64,000 bases of DNA from Ascoidea asiatica JCM 7603 (Eukaryota > Fungi > Ascomycota): assembly GCA_001600695.1 (NCBI GenBank), contig BCKQ01000002.1, positions 2,222,271 to 2,286,270 on the forward strand, read 5' to 3'. Position numbers and translations under genes: made by a program. The number at the start of each line of letters is the position of its first letter. The stretch's first letter is position 1. Shown piece after piece: positions 46,533 through 57,996 of this stretch. The notes below the pieces were generated by a model. It ran no database searches. It had not been told where the DNA came from and worked only from the letters and a program-made list of their open reading frames with translations.

Positions 46533-49500
46533 ATGTTCAATAATAGTTTAAATGCAATAAACAAAGAATCTCATGAAATGTTTAATAAAGAATTCATTGG
46601 AAGTTCAAGTAATTCTGGCAATTACTCCTTTTCACCTCCTTCTCTAATGAAAGTTGAAAATGATTCCTTATCAAATTCAATTTCAACTTCTTCTTTTGAT
46701 TCTCCTCAAATTGTTAAACAAAATTTAAATTTAAATCTAAATAATAATAAAAGTAACAAAGATCATTCTTTCAATAATGATATATATTTATCAAGATCTC
46801 AAAAGAAATTAAGTAAATTAGATTTTGATTTAATTGATTCAAATAATTCTCTGACTAGAACAAAATCGAATCCAAATTCAAAGTCAAATTCAAAACCAAA
46901 TTCAAAATCAAATTCAAAAGCAAATTCCCTTTCTCTTCAAAATCAGAATTCAAGGAAAAATAATAATAATAATAATATTAATAATAATAATAATAAAATT
47001 TCAATAAAAAGAGAAAAATCTTTTCTAAAAAGGTCAAATGAATTATTATCTTTTGAAAATGAATTAATTGAAATTATAAATAATTCAACAATTTTAAATA
47101 ATTTTCAAAGATTGTCGTTGAAAAAAACATTAATATCCGCCTTTGATTTATTTCAAACTCCTTTATTTTTCAAAAATGATGAACCTAATATCAAAAATGA
47201 TAATACAATTAATAAAAATTTGAATAATTCCAAACAATCAAAAGATTCAAAAGATTCAAACGATTCAAAAGATCCAAAATCTTTAATTGATTCCGCAGAT
47301 TTGGATTTATTCAAAAGAATTCAATCTTTAGTTTCATCATTAACTGCATTAATAATAAATATTTCCGATAATTCAATTAGTCCAGATGAAACTTCAATAA
47401 ATATTCATAGTATAAACAATATAAGTAATATAAATACAATTAGTCATATAAATCATATAAATAATAATAATAATATATCTCCAAGTGATCTGAAAATAAA
47501 TAAATCGATTAATCAATTATCAAATCAACTATCAAATCAATTAACAAATCAATTAACTGATAAACTTAATAATAATCTGACAATTTTAAATAATAAATTA
47601 TCAAATAAATTTTCTGATAAATCCTTTAATGATTCAATTTCTTCTTTAATTGAACTATCTCGACTTCAGAATGATTCTCCTTCTTTCATTCATCAACAAA
47701 ATAAATTAAAAATACTTCAAAGTAATAATAACAAGCCTAATATTAATAATAATAATATCAATAATAATAATGATAAAAGCTTAATTATCAATAATAGTAT
47801 AGGCGAAATTAGAAGTAGTACACCAATTGACAAAAAATCTCAAAATATAACAATGAATGATAATTCAATCATTAATTCTATAACAAATGACGAAAGCGAA
47901 TTCTCCGATGATGATTCTTATCAATTCAATGAATTACATAATACAACCAATATTGCAAATAATATAGTCAATAGATTTCAATCTTTGAGCATCAATTCAA
48001 ACAATATAAATAAAAATGATATTTCCATAAGATATCCTAAATCATCAACTTCTGATCCAAAATTAAATAAAAATTTACCTCCAACCATAAATACTATTAT
48101 AACTGATAATAATAAAGATTCAAGAGTTCATGATGGGAAACCGATAAAACAGCAATTAATTTATTATGATCATGATAAAAATAGTTCTTTTATTTATGAC
48201 ACTTCAAGTTCAATTATTAATTCTCAATCCATGCTTGAAACACTGGCTCAAAATCAAGGTCACCATAATTCTCAATCTCAATCTCAACATCAACCTCGTC
48301 AATCTCGATCGCAATCGCGTCCTCGAACTCAACCTCATCCCCATCTGGCAATAACACCTCCCATAGATTTCCAAAATGAAATGATGCTAGAATCTTTAAC
48401 AAAAAATAGTACTAGTAATAAAAATCATTCATTATTAGATTCCAAAAGGTTAACAAGATCAAGAACGTTTTCTTACGGATTTACAGAAGATCAATTCAAA
48501 GATAACTATGAAACTGTTTACAATGCTAATCAATATCAATTTCCCAAAAAAAGTAATCATATTCATAGTAAAAGTCAAGGGCAAAATCAATTTTCGGATG
48601 ATAATCAAAATAAAAATCAATTTCAGAACCTTAAAAGAGGAATGATCAGAAGTAACACTGCCAATAATTTGAACTTGAATCCTCTCAAAAATAATCCTAA
48701 CTCATTCAAATATAGGAATTTATCTTTGAATAAATTATCGGCTCGTAATGCAGTCACTGATAATTTTAATAACTCTTTCAATGATAATAATGATTCATTT
48801 AACAATGATAATGTCTTCGTCAATACAAGTGTGAATAATAGTAAAAATACACCAATTGGTGGTAGATTCAATAAATCTTTAACTAATTATGCTCCTATAT
48901 CAAATTCTTTTTCGAATAATACACCTGTTAACTCAAATAATCTTTCTAGAAAGAAAAATAATAGATTTGAAGATATTGCACCAAATAGATTTACAAGCAA
49001 CAGCATGAATAATATGAGCAATAATAGATTTGCTAGAGTAAACCAAAGTAATAATAGCAATAATGGAAATCTAAATAATTTCAATAATAATGATACAACA
49101 GATGAATTTGATGATGATCCAGATAATGATTATATGAAGCCAAGAAGGGGACCATTAGGCCCTAGAATCCAACTGATGCATCAAAATAACATCAATAATA
49201 ATAATATGAATATAAATCAGAATAGGAACAATCGATTTTCTAGAAATTTTACAACCAAATATAATCATAATAATAGTAATCAGAATAATAACTTTGAGGA
49301 TAATTTTGACGGAAATTACAACAATGATTATTATGATGGCTATACAGATAATGATAATGTTAATTATAATAATAATAATAATAATACTAATTATAATAAT
49401 TTACCAGAGAATCTAAATTATAATAATAATTACAATGATAATTATAATCCTAGCTTGAATAATAATTTCAATGGAAGACAAAACAATATTTCTGGAAATA

Positions 49501-49946
49501 GCCCAGGAAAGAGAAGTCGTAGTAATTTCCATAAAAATAATTATAATGGAAATAATAGTGGGAATAATAATGGTAATTATCCAAGATCAAGATCCATTGC
49601 AGCAAATCTAGGTAATGGTAATAATTATTTTTCCAAGAGACATTCATTAGGAGACACATATGGAAATAATAATATTGATGAATATAGAAATGAAGATTAT
49701 AATCAAGAATATTTTGGTGATACAAATAGAGATGCTTATGAAGATAATAATGGTAATAATTATGGTAATACTCATGGGAATGTGAATAGATTCAATCAAA
49801 ATAATAGTATTACTGGAAACAGATTCTTGGATTATGAAGAGACCAATACTAATAGTTATAATTATAATAATAACAACAATAATTATGGAAATGGTATGAA
49901 AAGATATTCATTAAAATATCAGAATAATAATTGGAATAATATATAA
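46533..49946 (+). CDS. Large Asn-rich low-complexity protein of unknown function
   Basis: 1137-aa uninterrupted ORF with AAAATG start context and an N/G/Y/R-rich C-terminal third. Confidence 0.85.
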   Translation: MFNNSLNAINKESHEMFNKEFIGSSSNSGNYSFSPPSLMKVENDSLSNSISTSSFDSPQIVKQNLNLNLNNNKSNKDHSFNNDIYLSRSQKKLSKLDFDLIDSNNSLTRTKSNPNSKSNSKPNSKSNSKANSLSLQNQNSRKNNNNNNINNNNNKISIKREKSFLKRSNELLSFENELIEIINNSTILNNFQRLSLKKTLISAFDLFQTPLFFKNDEPNIKNDNTINKNLNNSKQSKDSKDSNDSKDPKSLIDSADLDLFKRIQSLVSSLTALIINISDNSISPDETSINIHSINNISNINTISHINHINNNNNISPSDLKINKSINQLSNQLSNQLTNQLTDKLNNNLTILNNKLSNKFSDKSFNDSISSLIELSRLQNDSPSFIHQQNKLKILQSNNNKPNINNNNINNNNDKSLIINNSIGEIRSSTPIDKKSQNITMNDNSIINSITNDESEFSDDDSYQFNELHNTTNIANNIVNRFQSLSINSNNINKNDISIRYPKSSTSDPKLNKNLPPTINTIITDNNKDSRVHDGKPIKQQLIYYDHDKNSSFIYDTSSSIINSQSMLETLAQNQGHHNSQSQSQHQPRQSRSQSRPRTQPHPHLAITPPIDFQNEMMLESLTKNSTSNKNHSLLDSKRLTRSRTFSYGFTEDQFKDNYETVYNANQYQFPKKSNHIHSKSQGQNQFSDDNQNKNQFQNLKRGMIRSNTANNLNLNPLKNNPNSFKYRNLSLNKLSARNAVTDNFNNSFNDNNDSFNNDNVFVNTSVNNSKNTPIGGRFNKSLTNYAPISNSFSNNTPVNSNNLSRKKNNRFEDIAPNRFTSNSMNNMSNNRFARVNQSNNSNNGNLNNFNNNDTTDEFDDDPDNDYMKPRRGPLGPRIQLMHQNNINNNNMNINQNRNNRFSRNFTTKYNHNNSNQNNNFEDNFDGNYNNDYYDGYTDNDNVNYNNNNNNTNYNNLPENLNYNNNYNDNYNPSLNNNFNGRQNNISGNSPGKRSRSNFHKNNYNGNNSGNNNGNYPRSRSIAANLGNGNNYFSKRHSLGDTYGNNNIDEYRNEDYNQEYFGDTNRDAYEDNNGNNYGNTHGNVNRFNQNNSITGNRFLDYEETNTNSYNYNNNNNNYGNGMKRYSLKYQNNNWNNI

Positions 49947-50022
49947 GTATATACTATATTAATGAATTATTTATTATGATAAAGTATTATATACAAGAAA
50001 AATATGTAGGAAATGATTATGA

Positions 50023-50610
50023 TTATTCAAGAGTAATTTTAGCACCTAAAGTTTCTAAAGTCTTTTTCATTTTTTCAGCATCTTCTTTACTTAAATTTTC
50101 TTTTAACATTTTTGGAGCACTTTCAACGAATTTTTTACTTTCAACTAAAGATAAACCTAATAAAGCTTTAACTTCTTTGATAATCTTTGGTTTTGATTTT
50201 GGTTCAAAACTTTCTAATTTAACATTAAAAATTGTTTTTTCTTCAACCACATTTTTTTTAGTGGTTTCTTCATTTTCATTTTCATCTATAGAATTTGAAT
50301 TATTTGATTGAGAAGGACCAGTTGGAAATGAAATTTCTGGAATATTTAATTTAACTTTTAATTCATTAATTAATGAAGAAGTTTCTAATAAAGTTAATTT
50401 TGAAATCTGTTCAACAATTGTTAAAATTTTTGGATCAACAGGTATTTTAGAATCTGATGATGGTTTTTTTTCAGTAACTGTTGAATTATATCTTGTAAAA
50501 TTACTGATAATAATATTTTTTTGATTTATTTTTGAAAATTTATTTAAATTTAAAATTGTTTTACGAGAAACCTGATTAGAGATTTGACGAGAGATAAAAG
50601 AGGAAGACAT
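50023..50610 (-). CDS. MNP1: Mitochondrial ribosomal protein bL12m (L7/L12)
   Basis: Presequence; IVEQISKLTLLETSSL; KIIKEVKALLGLSLVESKKFVESAPK. Confidence 0.95.
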   Translation of the reverse strand: MSSSFISRQISNQVSRKTILNLNKFSKINQKNIIISNFTRYNSTVTEKKPSSDSKIPVDPKILTIVEQISKLTLLETSSLINELKVKLNIPEISFPTGPSQSNNSNSIDENENEETTKKNVVEEKTIFNVKLESFEPKSKPKIIKEVKALLGLSLVESKKFVESAPKMLKENLSKEDAEKMKKTLETLGAKITLE

Positions 50611-50862
50611 TTTTAATTTTATTAAATATTTATATAAGTTAATTCTTTTTGAATAATTTACCCGAATTTATCTCTAACTTTTCAATTCACTCAATTTTTC
50701 ATTTATTTATTTATTTATTCATTCTTCATTTAAATTAATTTTGATTACTTGATTAATTGTTCAATTGGTTAAAATTTCAATCTGAAAAAAAACAGAGATC
50801 ACGTGCCATTACCCGGGTTGAGAGTGAGACGTTAACAGATTTTCAAAAGAGAAACAGATTTT

Positions 50863-50941
50863 GGAGAATGATAAGTACCACAAAAGTGGTTTTACACATT
50901 TGTTGCGGTTAATGCATAGAGGGTTCAAATCTCTGTTTTCC
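50863..50941 (+). other. tRNA-like element with a Pol III B-box immediately upstream of SRP RNA
   Basis: AGTGGT D-loop-like motif; GGTTCAAATC at 50922-50931 within a T-arm (GAGGG-TTCAAAT-CTCTG); resembles yeast tRNA-His as recalled. Confidence 0.5.
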
Positions 50942-51211
50942 CGCTGTAATGGCATTTTGGTGGAAGCGGCTGTGATTTCAGTTTTCTGAGCTTGAAAGAG
51001 TTTTCAGCTGAGCATGTCCAGTTCGATCCCTGGGGGAGGAGAGTTTCCAGTCTCGAGTAATCAGAGTGGGGCTTTATTACTGCAAGACAGTGGCAGGACC
51101 ACTGGAGGGAAGCAATTCAGCACAGTGCGCCACACGCAGGTGAGGCTTACCGGGTTGCATCTCGCTGGTTAAATTTCAGTTTAGTGAACTAACTGTTCGT
51201 AACCCACTTTT
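50942..51211 (+). ncRNA. SCR1: Signal recognition particle RNA (about 270 nt)
   Basis: 5' GCTGTAATGGC minimal fungal Alu motif; internal B-box GTTCGATCC at 51021; helix 8 CTGGAGGGAA-GCAA-TTCAGCACAG; GGTGG/CCACT end pairing; T-run terminator. Confidence 0.9.
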
Positions 51212-51218
51212 TTTTTTT
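51208..51218 (+). terminator. Pol III terminator (T11)
   Basis: T run directly after the SRP RNA 3' helix. Confidence 0.8.
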
Positions 51219-51398
51219 ATATTCCTTATTATCGTTTATTTAAATTATCATCAATAAGTATAAACATACAGTATATTAATACTCTTTTGGCATGAAGAAT
51301 CAAATAAAGAAGAATGTCATTAAGATATTTATTGAGAAGTTTTCTATATAGAGAATGCGAGAGTTGAATAATCTTGAGTTTATTAACATTTTTTCGTT

Positions 51399-52123
51399 TT
51401 ATTTTTGAAAAAAAGTAAAGAAGTTTCCAAAACCGGTTGTTGGACTTGCAACTCTTTCTAAAGGATTAGGATTATTATTTTGATCATTATTATTATGATT
51501 GATATCTAATATAATTCTATCATTATCTTTATGTTCACCATTATTTTTATCATGTAATGAACTTTGTAGTAAGTCACTTTTAATCAATTTATCCTTTTGA
51601 TTATTTTTTTGAGTTTCAATATTATTTGTATTACTATTAAAATTATTATCCGTAATAGTATTAGTGACAATATCTGTATTATTATTATTATTATTATTAG
51701 TATTAGTATTAGTATTAGTATTTTTATCATTATCATGTTCTATAATATTAAGATTAACTTGATTAATATTTATAATTAATTTTTTTTTCAAAATACTTAA
51801 TTTTTTTAAAAAATTTATATAAATTTTATTAAATGGTAATAAATTATCAAATAAATTTTTAATTTCAATTAATGAATTGATTTTATTTAAAATTATTTTA
51901 TATTCATTTATTAGTTTTAAATTATCATTATCATTATCATTATCATTATCATTATCATTTTCATTGATATTAGTTTTTCTATTGTTTTTAATTTGTAATT
52001 TTTTTTGATTTTGATATTTGATTAAATTATTTAATTGATTTGAAATTAATTCAAGTAATGTATCTAATGATTCTTTAAAAGTATTCGAATTTATATTCTC
52101 ATTACTATCACCATTACTATTAC

Positions 52124-52163
<40 letters not shown>

Positions 52164-52880
52164 ATTATCATTTAAAATATCTTTATTTAATTCATTATCT
52201 AAATTATTATAATTTGTTGGAGCTAATTTACTTAATTGAGTTAATTGATCATTATCATCCGTATTATTATTTGAATTATTTTTATTATTAATATTATTTA
52301 TTGAATTAATTGTATTAAAAACATCTAAAACAATATTCAATTTTTCTTTAACATTCGATAAATTAATTAATTTTTCAATTAATTCATTACCTTTATCATC
52401 TTTATTATTATTAAAATTATTATTATCAGTTGAAATATTTTTTTTAGATAAATTTAAATCATTAATTTCATTATTTATAAAATTAACATCACTTTTTAAA
52501 TTAATTATAGAATTATTTAAATTATTAATATAATATTCTAATCTTAAAATATTTGAATTATTATCAATATTATTTGTAATTGAGATTGAATTTTTTAAAA
52601 AATTATCAAAATTATTATAAATTTCATTATTCAATTCATTTGAATAATAATCTAAATAATTCAATAACTCATTACTTTTATTTGTTAAATTCTTCATAAC
52701 TATTCCATTACTTATATCTCTTGAAGATTTTGTTGTCGTTGTTGTTGATGATATGATATTATTGAAAAAAGCATCCAAATAAACATTTGGTCTGAAATCT
52801 TCATCGAAGAACATAGCAATTGGGTCATCTTCTTCCCTGGCGCTTGAATCTAGAGTATCTCCTTGCTGTATCTTGTCCAT
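51399..52880 (-). CDS. COG7: Conserved oligomeric Golgi complex subunit 7, Asn-expanded
   Basis: DDPIAMFFDEDFRPNVYLD resembles Cog7 DDILSMFFDEEFVPHAFVD; LDYYSNELNNEI; RLEYYINNL. Confidence 0.8.
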
Positions 52881-53247
52881 CTTGTTCTATATTTCCAGTT
52901 CTTCCTCTTTATACAATTTGTTCTTCTTCTTATCTTGCTTCTTCTTCTTTTACATCTTCTTTTACATCTTCTGCTTCTCTGTTGTCACTTTTATTTCGCT
53001 TCCATTTTCAGGTTGTCCTAGGCCAAGTTGTCCCATTTGCGTACCGTCCTAGAAGCACTTCCTACAAACTCCAAGTCACGCGACCTTTTTTTTTTTCTTT
53101 TTTATACTACACGTGACTGTGTGCTTGTGTTCTGTCTGTTTGGTTCTGTTCTGTCTTGGTTATCGCTCTGTTTTGGTTTTGCCCAATGTGATCTATTTTC
53201 AAATCTGGGAATTTGTAAATATATTATTTTGCTTTCAATTCTATAAC

Positions 53248-53286
53248 TTCTTTTAGTTCTTTTAGTTCTTTTAGTTCTTTTAGTTC
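53248..53286. repeat. (TTCTTTTAG)4 tandem repeat
   Basis: Four perfect 9-bp copies. Confidence 0.85.
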
Positions 53287-53684
53287 ATGTTTAACAATTA
53301 TAATTGTAAAATAAATAGCTTCAAATTTATTTATGAATTAAGAAATATTCTTTATCAAATAAAGAAATAAAAAATTCCAAAAAGTGTATTATTTTCTTCA
53401 TTGTTTCTCTTGTAAACTATAGCTCATTGTTTTTTTTTTCAATTTCAATCTAAAAATATTTAAGCCTTGTCCTTTAATTCTTCGATTATTCAATTATTCA
53501 ATTCTTCCATTATTGAACTAATTCAAAATTCAATTTCAATTTCAATTTCAATTTCAATCTATTTTTTATTATTATTACTATTGTTTTTTTTTCTTTCTTT
53601 TAGCTTGTCTTATATTGTATTGTAATTTAATCAAAAAAAATACTAATTTAATTAACAAAAAAAATTTTAAATTTATATATAAAA

Positions 53685-54170
53685 ATGAATTCAAATGATA
53701 ATCATATTTCAGATAATAATTCTTCTGTAACAAAAAGACTACAAAGTGAATTGGTTCAATTAATGATGGCTTCAACTCCAGGTATATCTGCATTTCCTGA
53801 AAATGATTCAAATTTATTAAAATGGTTTGGTACAATTGAAGGTCCAAAAGATACTCCATATGAAAATTTAAAATTTAAAATTTCTTTAAAATTTCCAATT
53901 AATTATCCTTATAATCCTCCAACAATAAAATTTATTTCTCCAATGTGGCATCCAAATATTGATATGAGTGGTAATATTTGTTTAGATATTTTAAAAGAAA
54001 AATGGAGTGCAATTTATAATATTCAAACTATTTTATTATCTTTACAATCTCTTTTAGGTGAACCAAATAATAAATCTCCTTTAAATGCTCAAGCTGCTCA
54101 TTTATGGGATTCTGATATGGTAGAATATAAAAGATTATTATTACAACGTTATGAAGAAATTGATGAATAA
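53685..54170 (+). CDS. UBC11: Ubiquitin-conjugating enzyme E2-C type
   Basis: [56 protein letters not shown]. Confidence 0.93.
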   Translation: MNSNDNHISDNNSSVTKRLQSELVQLMMASTPGISAFPENDSNLLKWFGTIEGPKDTPYENLKFKISLKFPINYPYNPPTIKFISPMWHPNIDMSGNICLDILKEKWSAIYNIQTILLSLQSLLGEPNNKSPLNAQAAHLWDSDMVEYKRLLLQRYEEIDE

Positions 54171-54626
54171 TCTTTAAATTGAAACTTTCATAAAATAATT
54201 AAAAATCACTTTTTTCATTCAAATCTTTATTTTAACCTTCATTTTTTCTTACATTTTTATCTTTAATTTCATCTTTATCTTTGTCTTTTTAATTCATTAA
54301 TTCATCAAGTCATCATATATAAATATAATTAAGAATCTTCATTTCTCTTACTTCAATGCTTTAATAAAAATTAATCAATCAATCGTTTAATGAGAATCAT
54401 TTTAATCTTAATAGAATCTTAATAAAATATTAATAAATTCCAATGTAAGTCATATTTATATATAAAATTTTTTACATACATAAAATATAATAAGTTATTA
54501 TAATAAAAATTAAAAATTTAATTAAATAATTATATAATTATTATATAAATATATAAATATATAAATATATTATTGTATTAATATATAAATAAAAAATTGG
54601 TTAAATATATATAAATAAAACAAATA

Positions 54627-55349
54627 TTAATCAAAAAATTTTCTAGTTTTTGAAGGACCAAATAATTCTAATCTAATTGCTGGTAATGATAATTCACTTA
54701 ATAATGTCAATCTTTCTTCTAAAGTATTATTAACTTCAATTTTTTTAGTACCATTTAAAATAATTACACCTCCAGAAATATCTTCAGGTAAATAATTATC
54801 TTCTAAAATTTCAATATCAATTTTAGAAAATTTACCTTTAGTTACATCTAAGAAAAATTTCTTACAATCTTCTAAAATTTTATTATCTTTAATTAATTTA
54901 ATATCTTTTTTTAAACATTTAATAAAAACCTTATCTTCTAATAATTTTAATAATCCTTCATTAATTAAATCTTTTAAAATTTTTACATAAAGATTTTTAT
55001 TTTCTTCTTTATCATCATTTGAAATTTTTTTAAGATTTTCTTCAGTTTTATTAAAAATTTCATCTAAAATTTTTTCTCTTTCTGCTAAAATTTTTAATCT
55101 TGTTTGATTAGCAATTGTAGATTTTTTAATTTGTTGTTCTAAAGTTTTTTTCTTTAATTTAATTTCAAATAAATTATCAATTGAAGAAATTTCATTTCTA
55201 ACAATATTTGCTTTTTCAATTTCATATTCTTCATCAGCTTTTAGTTTAATTTCTTTTGCTTTTTCTTCTGCTTCTTTTTTAATAAATGCTTCCATTTTAT
55301 TAAGTTCTTTTTGAACTTGATCATCACTTAAAGCATGAAGATGAGACAT
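54627..55349 (-). CDS. VMA4: V-ATPase V1 subunit E
   Basis: ELNKMEAFIKKEAEEKAKEIKLKADEEYEIEK; NNTLEERL; LPAIRLELFGPSKTRKFFD. Confidence 0.97.
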   Translation of the reverse strand: MSHLHALSDDQVQKELNKMEAFIKKEAEEKAKEIKLKADEEYEIEKANIVRNEISSIDNLFEIKLKKKTLEQQIKKSTIANQTRLKILAEREKILDEIFNKTEENLKKISNDDKEENKNLYVKILKDLINEGLLKLLEDKVFIKCLKKDIKLIKDNKILEDCKKFFLDVTKGKFSKIDIEILEDNYLPEDISGGVIILNGTKKIEVNNTLEERLTLLSELSLPAIRLELFGPSKTRKFFD

Positions 55350-55759
55350 TTTGAATTGAATTTAGATTTAATTATAAATTTGGATTCAAATTGAATATAA
55401 ATTGAAATTGAAATTGATAATATTGAAATCAAAAACTCAATAGAATATATTTGTTGTAATTGTAATTGTAATTCTAATGAAAGTAATCCAATCAATTTCA
55501 ATAATTATAATTATAATTATAATTTATTTCAATATTTATTTCAATGTTCATTCGAATATATCAAAAAGGACATAAATTAATATTACAGCTTTATTCATGA
55601 ATTCCAGCTTCAGAAAAGCAGCCTGCCAAAACACAGCACATGGAAAAGGCCTGGTGCAGCATGTGACTGGTATGAGACCTGTTATATGGTACTCTTATTG
55701 ATAAGCAAGTTGCCGAACCGAAACAAAAACAAAACAAACAAAACACTCAAAACACTAAG

Positions 55760-55803
55760 GATAATGATAATGATAATGATAATGATAATGATAATGGATA
55801 ATA
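55760..55803. repeat. (GATAAT)n microsatellite
   Basis: About six consecutive GATAAT units. Confidence 0.8.
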
Positions 55804-55947
55804 TAGAAGTGGAATGGTGAATAAGTTCCTGAAGAGTGCTATTGAATACTTTCAAAGGATCTAAAGAAATCACTCGATTCAAAAAATGGTTTTCAATTAA
55901 ACTTCGTATTTATTATCTATTTACAAAATTATATCAAATATTTAATT

Positions 55948-57996
55948 TCATGAACGACAGTAATAAATTGCACTGGCATTACTTCCAGCAACAATCACTT
56001 GATCAAACTTCCCACTGACAGTTTTATTATTCTTATCTTTAAACTTCAAATCTTTATTACTAAACAATTGAAGTCTATCATTTATTTTTTCAAAATCTTT
56101 TTTATTTTCAAAACTTGAATCATTTGGTTCAATAATTTTTGGAATTTGAATTGGACTTGGTGATTTTCTTCTTTTACCATTTCCTAATTGACCAAATTCA
56201 TTTGATCCCCATGCAAAAATATCATTATTTTCCATTTTAATAAAAGAATGATTAGAACCTATAGACCAATATTTTATTGCTATATTTTTTAACATATTTT
56301 CAGTTTCATTAAATTCTTTTAATGACATAAGAGATTTCATTTTACCAGGATCTGAATGTGAATGAGCATAATATCCAATACCTAATTGTCCATGTAATCC
56401 ATTTCCAAAAGAAAAATGAAAAATTGAATTTTCATTAGGTTCTTCAACTTTAATATTTTCTTTTTGATTCTGATTATTAAAATGTTGCATAAATATTTTA
56501 TGTATATCTTTTGTTATAAAACTTGTGAAAGAAGAAGCACCTCCAGCTGCAATATTTGTACATATTGGATATAAATTTCTATTAAAATGCTTATCAAATG
56601 ATTCAATTTTTCTTGGATATGATATTATTTCTGTTTGATATGAAATTGGAATACCTAATTCACCAAAAGTGTTTTTACCAAATGACCAAACTGATCCAGT
56701 TGAATCTCTACATAAAGTAAAATAATCCCCACATGCAATTTGTTCAATTTTTCTTGGGGTTATTGATTTGACTTTATTTAATTTATCATCTTTTTCTATT
56801 TCATTATTTAGTAAATCAATTGGATGTAATTCATTATGAATTGGACCTTTGTCAAATTGAGAAAATTCCGGAATACCATATTGTCCATATGATTTTGAAG
56901 CTTCTGTTTCTTCAAATCCAGTGGAAGCAGAATAAGCTTTATTTTTGTTTGTTAGAATAATTAAATGTTCAGAACCTGTTTTAAAATCTGTTATTTTTTC
57001 ACCTTTAGCAAAAATACCATCTGTTGAAAGCTTTTTATAAGGTTGTGTCTCTGATGATCCAAATAATCTCAATATTCCAGATTTTGTATTATTTTTACAA
57101 GATTCTTTTCGTAATGATTGAACTTCTTTATTTATTGGAAGTATTAAAATTTGATCTTTAGAATTCAAAAGATATAAACAATCATTACTAATTTCACCTT
57201 TAATTAACTTTTGACCTGATAATGTTTTTTCTGGTTGAGAAAATCCATAACCCCATTGATACAAATCACCTTTATCATCAATTGCAAAAGCAGATTTATA
57301 ACCCAATTTAACATCTTTGAGAATCATATTATCAAAAAACTTCATCCTTATAGGAATTTTCGAGAATTTAACTTTAATATCAGAACCAAAAAAATTATTT
57401 TCATTAGATCCCCAAATATAAAGACCAGGAATATTTGAATTATTTCCATTTTCATTAATTACATTTAAATATGTTTTAAAATCTTCTTGTTTTGCTTTTT
57501 TTGTTAATTTTTTATTTTCTTCTTCAGTCTTATCTTTGTCAAATATAAAATCATTAAAAGAAGCTTTTATGAAACTATAATGATAATATAATTTGACACC
57601 TAAAATACCAGTTGATAATAAAGCTAAACCTATTAAAACTGCTTTCACTTTTTCAAATCTTTCATATTTTTTATTTTCTTCATTTTCTCTTGCTAGATCA
57701 CTTGGATTACGAATTATTTTCTCATTTATTTTGTTACTTTTATTGTTTTGATTTGAAATATCTTTTTTATTATTATATTTCAATTTTTGCTCTTCTGAAT
57801 TAATGTCTTTCAAATTTTCATATCGATTTGAGAAACTTTCTTTATCTAAAAACCTAGAGTTATATTTTGTACGAATGTCGTCATTATTGTTAGACTTATT
57901 GTTTTGAAGTATTACTATAGAGTTTGAAATCAATCTTCTGTGACTTCTTAAGTTTAACTTTCTAAGTTGTCCCAATCTAAGGTTTCCCTTTAACAT
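55948..57996 (-). CDS. FMP25: Mitochondrial inner-membrane RCC1-repeat protein (Fmp25/Bca1)
   Basis: Presequence, single TM, PGLYIWGSN, RCC1 repeats (FGKNTFGELG, FGNGLHGQLG, WGSNEFGQLG). Confidence 0.85.
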   Translation of the reverse strand: MLKGNLRLGQLRKLNLRSHRRLISNSIVILQNNKSNNNDDIRTKYNSRFLDKESFSNRYENLKDINSEEQKLKYNNKKDISNQNNKSNKINEKIIRNPSDLARENEENKKYERFEKVKAVLIGLALLSTGILGVKLYYHYSFIKASFNDFIFDKDKTEEENKKLTKKAKQEDFKTYLNVINENGNNSNIPGLYIWGSNENNFFGSDIKVKFSKIPIRMKFFDNMILKDVKLGYKSAFAIDDKGDLYQWGYGFSQPEKTLSGQKLIKGEISNDCLYLLNSKDQILILPINKEVQSLRKESCKNNTKSGILRLFGSSETQPYKKLSTDGIFAKGEKITDFKTGSEHLIILTNKNKAYSASTGFEETEASKSYGQYGIPEFSQFDKGPIHNELHPIDLLNNEIEKDDKLNKVKSITPRKIEQIACGDYFTLCRDSTGSVWSFGKNTFGELGIPISYQTEIISYPRKIESFDKHFNRNLYPICTNIAAGGASSFTSFITKDIHKIFMQHFNNQNQKENIKVEEPNENSIFHFSFGNGLHGQLGIGYYAHSHSDPGKMKSLMSLKEFNETENMLKNIAIKYWSIGSNHSFIKMENNDIFAWGSNEFGQLGNGKRRKSPSPIQIPKIIEPNDSSFENKKDFEKINDRLQLFSNKDLKFKDKNNKTVSGKFDQVIVAGSNASAIYYCRS

